Of a stretch of 62,402 nt of DNA, positions 54,671 through 60,541 are shown piece after piece. The notes beneath the pieces are model-generated. The model saw only the letters and a program-made list of their open reading frames with translations, did not search any database and was not told where the DNA came from. Origin of the DNA: a virus (Duplodnaviria; Caudoviricetes). The position numbers and the translations under genes are program-made. The stretch's first letter is position 1. The number at the start of each line of letters is the position of its first letter. The stretch is taken from positions 1 through 62,402 of the IMG/VR virus record IMGVR_UViG_3300032241_001301, one strand, 5' to 3'.

Positions 54671-54722
54671 AAATTCACTTTCTGCTTGACCAGTAGGTAA
54701 CCCAATGGTCTTGACAAAAGAA

Positions 54723-54750
54723 AGCGTAAATGACGTTTTGGAAATGTCAA
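54723..54750 (-). promoter_or_regulatory. Putative promoter of the capsid operon
   Basis: TTGACA-16-TACGCT with TTTCCAAA directly after the -35. Confidence 0.5.
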
Positions 54751-54780
54751 GTGTTGAAACCCCTAATGGGGTGAAACGCC

Positions 54781-55596
54781 CTAAAAGGGGTCGTCGGCAA
54801 CCGTTGAAAACAACGGGCAAATGTTCTTAAACGAACACCACTTATCGCACAAATTGTTGGCGGTTGGTGGAAAGTATCCGGCGTTGTACCAACCCTCAAT
54901 CTTGGACCACGCTTCACGGACACGCTTTTCAGCGTAAGCCACGTCGGCATCGGTCACTTCGACGGTAAGGGTCTTTCCAAACTGGACGTAGTGAAGTTGG
55001 ATTTCGACGGGACGTTCACCTAGTTCCCGTTCGCAAAGATAGGCGTAGATTTTCGCCGGAAGGATTGCTGAAGCCTTGTACTTATCTTGTGGCACCTTGC
55101 CGGTCTTGTAGTCCACAATGACTAGTGCGCCATCAGCACGCCGGTCTAAGCGGTCTAGGATGCCACGAAGCAACCAGCCACCCATGTCGGTGTCCAACTT
55201 GATTTCGATACCCTCGGTGGTGATTTCCGTGGGGTTTTCCATCTTGAAGTAGTTGCGTATGTATTTAGCAACGTCGGCGGTAAGCGATTGTGCGCCGATT
55301 TCGTCTAGTTCCATTTCGGAAGCAATTTCGGGGGTGACTAGCGTGGGCATAAGTTTACGCATAATCGCCATTGTTAGTTCAATGGTGCGTTCGTGGGGCG
55401 TTTCCACCGTGCGCAGAAACATCTCCTCGAGGATGGCGTGGAACACGGTGCCACGGTACGTTTCCATTTTCTTTCGTTCTGGCAAACGTTCGATGGTGGA
55501 GTACTGGTATTGACGTGGGCAATTTTCGATTTGCCCTACCCGACTTGGTGATACACCATAGGGCTTTTCGCCAAGATACACGGGGGTTGCCGACAC
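54781..55596 (-). CDS. RecB/Cas4-like PD-(D/E)XK exonuclease with 4-Cys Fe-S motif
   Basis: SPS....CP..Y, GT.FH.ILE, LRGILDRLD, IVDYKTGK, CDKWCSFKNICP. Confidence 0.88.
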   Translation of the reverse strand: MSATPVYLGEKPYGVSPSRVGQIENCPRQYQYSTIERLPERKKMETYRGTVFHAILEEMFLRTVETPHERTIELTMAIMRKLMPTLVTPEIASEMELDEIGAQSLTADVAKYIRNYFKMENPTEITTEGIEIKLDTDMGGWLLRGILDRLDRRADGALVIVDYKTGKVPQDKYKASAILPAKIYAYLCERELGERPVEIQLHYVQFGKTLTVEVTDADVAYAEKRVREAWSKIEGWYNAGYFPPTANNLCDKWCSFKNICPLFSTVADDPF

Positions 55597-55616
55597 GATT
55601 ACAACCCTAGCAGACC

Positions 55617-55886
55617 CTATTCATACAGTGGTGTAAGGGTGTTGTATTTCATTACGGGCAATAGTGCGATGCAAATGTTCTCGGCTAGGTACTTTGCTTG
55701 CGTCAAGTCTTTAGCGTAAATAGAAAAGTCGCTAATCGGGGCAATTACTCCACCAACGTTGTCACGTCGTATGACACGTAGTTCGCCGTATTCTTTGCCT
55801 TGCCAAGCGATAAAGGTGAACGCCCCATACGTCGCCTCCGTTTGCCCGAAGTCATCGACCTCGGACCACTCGACGTTATTGGGCAT
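55617..55886 (-). CDS. Hypothetical protein
   Basis: Start moved to ATG 55886 (GAGGA SD): MPNNVEWSEVDD... Confidence 0.55.
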   Translation of the reverse strand: MPNNVEWSEVDDFGQTEATYGAFTFIAWQGKEYGELRVIRRDNVGGVIAPISDFSIYAKDLTQAKYLAENICIALLPVMKYNTLTPLYE

Positions 55887-56151
55887 CGGTTTCCTCGGCG
55901 TACTGGACAAGGTGGTGCGCCGTCTGAAGGACCGTAAGGCCGTCAATCTTGTTTTCCAACTTGGTGATTTGTTCGCCAGCATCGACAACGGCTTGGCGCA
56001 GTCGGGCGTTGTCGCTAACAAGGTGTTCGATAGTGGCACGCTGGGTCAACGCCGTATCCATAAGTGCGGTGATGTCGTTGGTGTTGTAAGCGTCTTGTAC
56101 AAGTGCCGTATGGATTTTGTTAACAAGTTCATCGAGGGTAATCGTGGTCAC
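55876..56151 (-). CDS. Hypothetical coiled-coil protein
   Basis: AGGAG SD; heptad pattern. Confidence 0.62.
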   Translation of the reverse strand: MTTITLDELVNKIHTALVQDAYNTNDITALMDTALTQRATIEHLVSDNARLRQAVVDAGEQITKLENKIDGLTVLQTAHHLVQYAEETDAQ

Positions 56152-56209
56152 GTTTGCTCCTAACGGCAGTAGATACTACCTACCTATAGTGTAGCACGGT
56201 TATACGGTG

Positions 56210-56584
56210 TCAGTGAACTTCGCCGGTGTACTTTAGCAAGTCCGTAAGCGGTGCGTCCGCCGGTGGGTTGTATTCGACTTCGGTGCGATGGTGGCAAAAC
56301 GAACATTGGATTAGCAACGGGTTCGCAACTTTGCTAACTCGCCAATCGTGTTCGCACGTCTTAGGGTCGCCCGTGTTCACCACACGTATGTTCCGGTTCT
56401 TTGCGCCGAAGGTGATTAGACCCCGTTGCTTTAGGCGCATAAGCATCACGTGAACGGACGACGTTGATTTGTACCCGACCGCCTGCATAATCGCCCGATA
56501 GGACGGTGCGCAATGAAGTTCTTTCCAGTGCCATTTGATGAATTCCAGTGCGTCCCAATCGGAGATAGGTAGTTCATTAGGCAT
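56210..56584 (-). CDS. LexA-type wHTH regulator with a C-terminal Zn finger (no peptidase domain)
   Basis: L.FI.......PSYR.I..AVG.KSTSSVH..L.RL...G.I...R.I; then CEHDW...CSFC. Confidence 0.8.
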   Translation of the reverse strand: MPNELPISDWDALEFIKWHWKELHCAPSYRAIMQAVGYKSTSSVHVMLMRLKQRGLITFGAKNRNIRVVNTGDPKTCEHDWRVSKVANPLLIQCSFCHHRTEVEYNPPADAPLTDLLKYTGEVH

Positions 56585-56642
56585 AGGTAAATAGTCTAGC
56601 GTGGTTTAGTGTGTAATGCCAAACCCCAATAAATACAAGGGG

Positions 56643-56703
56643 AAAAAGATTTCTAAAAAACTTTGCGAAATAACTTGACAATGTGACTAGACCCCTGTAT
56701 AGT
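56643..56703 (+). promoter_or_regulatory. Strong sigmaA promoter with A-tract UP element
   Basis: TTGACA (56675)-17-TATAGT (56698), preceded by TG. Confidence 0.85.
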
Positions 56704-56709
56704 TGTTTA

Positions 56710-57307
56710 TGTAGTAACCGCAGTTGCCTGATGTAAAGACCCCACAAGTAAGTGGTCGTCGGGGGCTGGGGGTGTAGTATGGCAGTATCCGGTAAGTGTG
56801 GACCTTCCTCGATGCAAAGACGCTTCTAAGGCGTTTAGGGTGGCGGAGGTACTAACTTAGAAACGGTGCTTCCGATGTGCGTTCTACGTCGGGGGTCAGT
56901 AGGTGCGGTTGTCTTTTGCAAAAGGCAACCGGCAACTATTGGCTGACAGGCGTGTGGGCTAGGTCGGGGTTGGTGCCAGGCTTATCGGGTACTGTTGAGT
57001 GGTGTGTGGTTCGTAGTGCGATTGAGAAAAGCCCTAGAAGAAGTACCAAATCGAGTGAAGAAGGTTGGGTGGAGCGAAAGTTCCTTTTTCTCAATGGCAC
57101 TACGAGCCATCACCACGCAGTATAAAATCAAAATAAAAGTTGCACGGCGCAAGTGGTGTAGCAAGCCTTGACGGTGACACTCGTAGGGGTGTCAAGCAGG
57201 TCGGGAAGTTGGAAGCGAAGCGGTTAGCCCTAGGAAACGGGAAGTCCGATAAGTAGTCCAGCGATGGTGAAGTCCCCTAGCAAACGGCTGGGGGACTTTG
57301 CTTTTTT
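56710..57307 (+). ncRNA. Large structured non-coding RNA (~600 nt; ROOL/GOLLD size class, family unassigned)
   Basis: Bounded by a consensus promoter and a terminator; no credible ORF; many G-U-containing stems and long-range pairings (see findings). Confidence 0.8.
57270..57307 (+). terminator. Intrinsic terminator of the large ncRNA
   Basis: AAGTCCCCTAGC-AAACG-GCTGGGGGACTT-TGCTTTTTT. Confidence 0.85.
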
Positions 57308-57311
57308 GGTG

Positions 57312-57420
57312 TTGATTTCCAAAATAAACAATGATAGAATTCGCCCGACAGTCTTGGGGGCGAATGGACACAACGCCAAGAACTTTCAGCCCTGCCCCTG
57401 CCGAAAGGTGGGGGCTTTGG
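57312..57420 (+). ncRNA. Putative small RNA (~70 nt) with its own promoter and terminator-like hairpin
   Basis: TTGATT-17-TAGAAT (extended TG); stem-loop exposing AAUGGACACAA; GCCCCTGCC-GAAA-GGTGGGGGC-TTT. Confidence 0.55.
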
Positions 57421-57421
57421 C

Positions 57422-57712
57422 TTACTGTTGGGTAATCCCTAGTTCCCGACGTGCTTCATCCAACAACCGTTCGGTGAAAACTGCTGGGTCATCTTCCGTT
57501 TTGGAATACGCCATTAGTCGCCCCGAAGCGATGCTGAACGCCCAGTTGTACAGGCGTAGTTCGTTCTTTAGTTCTTCAATGGTGTGGTGAAGTTCGTTGT
57601 TGTGCGCCACCATTGTGTCGTGTTGGCGTACTAGCAACTCGAGGGACTTATTGGCGGTTGATAAGTTGTTCTTTGCCGACTCGAGTTGTTCTTTGATTTC
57701 GTTCTTACGCAC
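57422..57712 (-). CDS. Hypothetical coiled-coil protein
   Basis: 96-aa ORF, last gene of the minus-strand operon. Confidence 0.62.
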   Translation of the reverse strand: MRKNEIKEQLESAKNNLSTANKSLELLVRQHDTMVAHNNELHHTIEELKNELRLYNWAFSIASGRLMAYSKTEDDPAVFTERLLDEARRELGITQQ

Positions 57713-57872
57713 GATGGCCCTTGGTGAAATCTATGAACTTAGTTTGGAAGTTAGACGCTTCGGCTTGTGTAGTGAAATCCGGCGTAGTAATCACGGTGTG
57801 ATAGTACCCGTCGTCGCCTTGGTACGTCTTTAGGTAATACCCGTTTCCATTCCAAATTTCTACTAACCGCAC
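57705..57872 (-). CDS. Small hypothetical protein (55 aa, below the track cutoff)
   Basis: GTG..TAA, MRLVEIWNGNGYYLKTYQGDDGYYHTVITTPDF...; fills the gap and overlaps both neighbours. Confidence 0.55.
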   Translation of the reverse strand: MRLVEIWNGNGYYLKTYQGDDGYYHTVITTPDFTTQAEASNFQTKFIDFTKGHRA

Positions 57873-58078
57873 TGTTCGTCCATTCCTTTATAGGATTGCG
57901 CCACCGCCTCCCATTCCTGAATGTTACCAACACGGACGACGTGGACGCAGATGTCATTTCCAGCATCAACAAGTTCTACTTCGGTGGGCGACATTTCGTA
58001 TCCCTCGTGCGTGTCGCACACGATTTCACTAACGTATCCAAGGGATTGACCGTATGTAATCCATTCAACAAAATTCAT
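57863..58078 (-). CDS. Hypothetical protein
   Basis: MNFVEWI.YG...G.VS..VCDTHEG...E...G.D.C.H.VR. Confidence 0.68.
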   Translation of the reverse strand: MNFVEWITYGQSLGYVSEIVCDTHEGYEMSPTEVELVDAGNDICVHVVRVGNIQEWEAVAQSYKGMDEQCG

Positions 58079-58088
58079 CTGCTTGTGC

Positions 58089-59186
58089 TTATCCAAGTTC
58101 GACGGTGTTGAAGAGGGGTGCGTCACTAGTAATCCTGCTTTCTGCAAGTTTGGCGTATTCGGGGTTCAATTCTGTCCCCACAAAGTTTCTACCATACCGA
58201 AGCGCAACTACCGCCGTTGTACCAGAACCTGTAAAGGGGTCAAGGACGGTATCGCCTTCTGCTGAACCTGCCAAGACACACGGGGTAATCAAATCTTCGG
58301 GGTAAGTGGCAAAGTGCGCCCCCTTGTACGGCTTGGTGGAAACAGTCCATACGTCACGCTTATTCCGTGTTTCGTAGGACTTGGTTAGACCGCTGTGTGG
58401 TGTTAGACCCGTACCCTCGTTGTGGTACTTGCCGTTGGTGCGGTCACGGGTTCCCCAATCTTGGGCTGGTTCCTTGATTGCTTCATTATCAAAGTAATAA
58501 CGTGGTGATTTAGAAAGCAGGAAGATGTATTCGTGCGATTTTGTACAACGGTCACTAACCGATTCGGGCATTGGATTTGGTTTCGCCCAGATAATGTCCT
58601 GACGCAAAATCCAGCCATCATCTTGTAGGGCAAATGCCAAACGCCACGGAATACCAATCATGTTCTTGGCTGGCAAATCTACGCCCGATTTCACTAACGT
58701 GCCTTCCAAAGTTCCCTGACTTGTGGCTTGCTTGCTTTCGGGGTCAACATTTACCGTGCCGTCGCCATTTCTGCCTTTACCCGACCCAGCGTAGGAATCA
58801 CCAATGTTTAGCCAGACTGTTCCGTCGTCAGTAAGCACACGGCGTATTTCACGGAATAAAACAACAAGGGCTTCGACAAATTCTTCTGGTGTTTCTTCCA
58901 AGCCCATTTGTTCATCTTCACGGATAGCACCGCAACGTGGGCATACGGTCTTGTAGATAGCGTCGCCTACGGTAAGCAGTTCGTTGGCGTGACCTGTCTC
59001 GGTGGACTTGCCACGCTTGTTGTCACGCTGGTGGGTACAATCAGGGTCACCACCTTGCCAATCGCCTGTTCCATAGTCTCGTAGACCGTAATAAGGCGGT
59101 GAGGTGATGACGGTACGAACGCTTTGGTCGGGCAGTTCCTTTAGCCTGACGTTGGCATTACCTATGAGTATTTTGGCGTTGGACAC
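58089..59186 (-). CDS. DNA methyltransferase (N4-C/N6-A, beta class) with a Cys/His insertion
   Basis: TSPPY, IIWAKPNPMPES..DR.TKSHEY, HFATYP, VLDPFTGSGTT. Confidence 0.95.
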   Translation of the reverse strand: MSNAKILIGNANVRLKELPDQSVRTVITSPPYYGLRDYGTGDWQGGDPDCTHQRDNKRGKSTETGHANELLTVGDAIYKTVCPRCGAIREDEQMGLEETPEEFVEALVVLFREIRRVLTDDGTVWLNIGDSYAGSGKGRNGDGTVNVDPESKQATSQGTLEGTLVKSGVDLPAKNMIGIPWRLAFALQDDGWILRQDIIWAKPNPMPESVSDRCTKSHEYIFLLSKSPRYYFDNEAIKEPAQDWGTRDRTNGKYHNEGTGLTPHSGLTKSYETRNKRDVWTVSTKPYKGAHFATYPEDLITPCVLAGSAEGDTVLDPFTGSGTTAVVALRYGRNFVGTELNPEYAKLAESRITSDAPLFNTVELG

Positions 59187-59195
59187 CCTACTAAC

Positions 59196-59444
59196 TTAGC
59201 AGGGTTTAGTACCCCTGTGCTGTTCAAAGAACAAGTGACCTGATTCGTTTCCCTCTGCGTCGGCTGATGGGATAAGCACCATACCGTTGTCGAAGAAAAT
59301 CATCATCGGTGGTGTTTTCCATACGGAAATATCCCAGCCGTATGAGGAAGCCTCGCCAGTCGTCATCGCACGAACTTCGGTAACCCTCAAGCCAACCATG
59401 TGACCGTAGTTGTCCTCGACGTATTCCTCTGGTGTGTACTTCAT
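59196..59444 (-). CDS. Hypothetical protein
   Basis: TAATG coupling; conserved-looking PS.D.EGN..G.LF motif. Confidence 0.7.
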   Translation of the reverse strand: MKYTPEEYVEDNYGHMVGLRVTEVRAMTTGEASSYGWDISVWKTPPMMIFFDNGMVLIPSADAEGNESGHLFFEQHRGTKPC

Positions 59445-59758
59445 TACCGTCCAGCCCACGCCTTCTCACACTCGGCTACAAACGTCTTAGCCTCCGCAAC
59501 GTCGTCGTTGGTGAACATAGCGACGAAACTGATGTTGTTGTCGGTGTGCGCTTCGTCAAGGAAGAAGCCCCAACCGTAGGTGGTGTCCACTTCCTCGTAG
59601 CAACCCTTACAGACGTGGCTGTCCTCAACGTAGGTCGTTGAAGCGTTGCAACACTTGGTCATCACCACGACATAGCCACGACCGTCGTTCGCAATGTCGA
59701 TAATCAGTGAGCGACCCATTTCTACGACAGGTCCATTGACCATGGTTTCCGTTGCCAT
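59444..59758 (-). CDS. Hypothetical Cys-containing protein
   Basis: AAGGA SD; CC...CKGC. Confidence 0.68.
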   Translation of the reverse strand: MATETMVNGPVVEMGRSLIIDIANDGRGYVVVMTKCCNASTTYVEDSHVCKGCYEEVDTTYGWGFFLDEAHTDNNISFVAMFTNDDVAEAKTFVAECEKAWAGR

Positions 59759-59798
59759 TTTGACTTCCTTTGCTAATCAGTTGGATAGGTACATAACT

Positions 59799-59827
59799 AC
59801 TCTATCCCCGTTTAGTCACGCTGTCAA
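59799..59827 (-). promoter_or_regulatory. sigmaA promoter
   Basis: TTGACA-17-TAGAGT. Confidence 0.7.
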
Positions 59828-59832
59828 GTCAT

Positions 59833-60375
59833 TTAGTAGCAACTGTAGTCGCCATCCCATTCGGGGTGGAATCCACCGTTGCGCTTGTAATAGAAAGACG
59901 CAACACGGAACTGGTCGGTGACGCTTGCTTCTTGGGCGTAGGTCGCTGAAATGCCTAGTGCCTTTGCCCCGTACTGCCAAATGTACGGAATGAACTGGAA
60001 GATACCACCAGCGCCTTGTTCGGCGTTGTAGTCCGTAGGGTGGAACACCGTGGGGGTCGAACGTGACTCGTGCCACATAATGCACGTGAAACCGGCACGG
60101 CTAGACGGTGGCAACAAATACATTGGGGCAGAAACGGGTTCAATTCGGGGCTTTGGAATTGCCCGATGGTGAACCGGCAACGTGGGGTGATACACCTTTG
60201 TGTGGGGCTTGGGGAAACTATTGCCAAACCACAAAATGGTGATGGTCTTGGGTGCCACATGGACGTGGGGCTTTTGGGCGTGAGGTTTCCCGATGGGGTG
60301 CGTGGTGAACACACTTGCCACTAGCGAAACTACAACTGTCAGTGCGAGGAAGCCACCTCGCACGGTGCCTAGCAC
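59833..60375 (-). CDS. Secreted Rpf-like / lysozyme-fold transglycosylase
   Basis: Signal-like N-terminus, His/Pro linker, CI..HES catalytic Glu, G.GGIFQF...W, A...Q...A, and W...C. Confidence 0.8.
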   Translation of the reverse strand: MLGTVRGGFLALTVVVSLVASVFTTHPIGKPHAQKPHVHVAPKTITILWFGNSFPKPHTKVYHPTLPVHHRAIPKPRIEPVSAPMYLLPPSSRAGFTCIMWHESRSTPTVFHPTDYNAEQGAGGIFQFIPYIWQYGAKALGISATYAQEASVTDQFRVASFYYKRNGGFHPEWDGDYSCY

Positions 60376-60446
60376 CAGCCTGCCTTTATAGGCGAATACG
60401 AACTACCGCTAAAAACACGGCGTACAGCATTGGGGTTGTTGGACAC
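60369..60446 (-). CDS. 25-codon leader ORF overlapping the transglycosylase start
   Basis: AAAGGAGG SD then GTG TCC AAC...TGC TAG; its stop overlaps the GTG at 60375. Confidence 0.4.
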   Translation of the reverse strand: MSNNPNAVRRVFSGSSYSPIKAGWC

Positions 60447-60480
60447 AACGCCTCCTTTGGTTGCCCATTGGGGTTGTCCT

Positions 60481-60509
60481 AGTTTACCCGACTGTGACGG
60501 ATAAGGCAA
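60481..60509 (-). promoter_or_regulatory. Promoter of the transglycosylase unit
   Basis: TTGCCT-17-TAAACT. Confidence 0.6.
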
Positions 60510-60541
60510 GTATCAGAAAGTTTGCCCCTGTTTATCAGGTA

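Noticed and set aside
17142-54689. Numerous plus-strand ORFs over the structural genes (e.g. 31415..32041, 34708..35418, 52465..52899)
   Set aside because: They are antisense shadows of well-supported minus-strand genes with no independent signals.
54671-54820. N-terminal extension of ORF 53849..54820
   Set aside because: It spans a promoter-like region and overlaps the nuclease gene; the conserved-looking sequence begins at MARKL.
54781-55596. Cas4-like nuclease as evidence of a CRISPR-Cas system
   Set aside because: No repeat-spacer array or other cas genes were seen; solo RecB/Cas4-like nucleases are common in phages.
56877-57164. ORFs 56877..57125 (+) and 56982..57164 (-)
   Set aside because: No SD or recognisable protein features; the region is better explained by extensive RNA pairing.
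56710-57307. tRNA cluster, tmRNA or group I/II intron identity for the structured RNA
   Set aside because: No cloverleaf/TPsiC-CCA ends or tag ORF were recognised, and it interrupts no gene. A covariance-model search is still needed to exclude these formally.
60447-60541. c-di-AMP or c-di-GMP riboswitch upstream of the Rpf-like gene
   Set aside because: The leader after the predicted promoter is only ~30 nt and the conserved aptamer motifs were not found.
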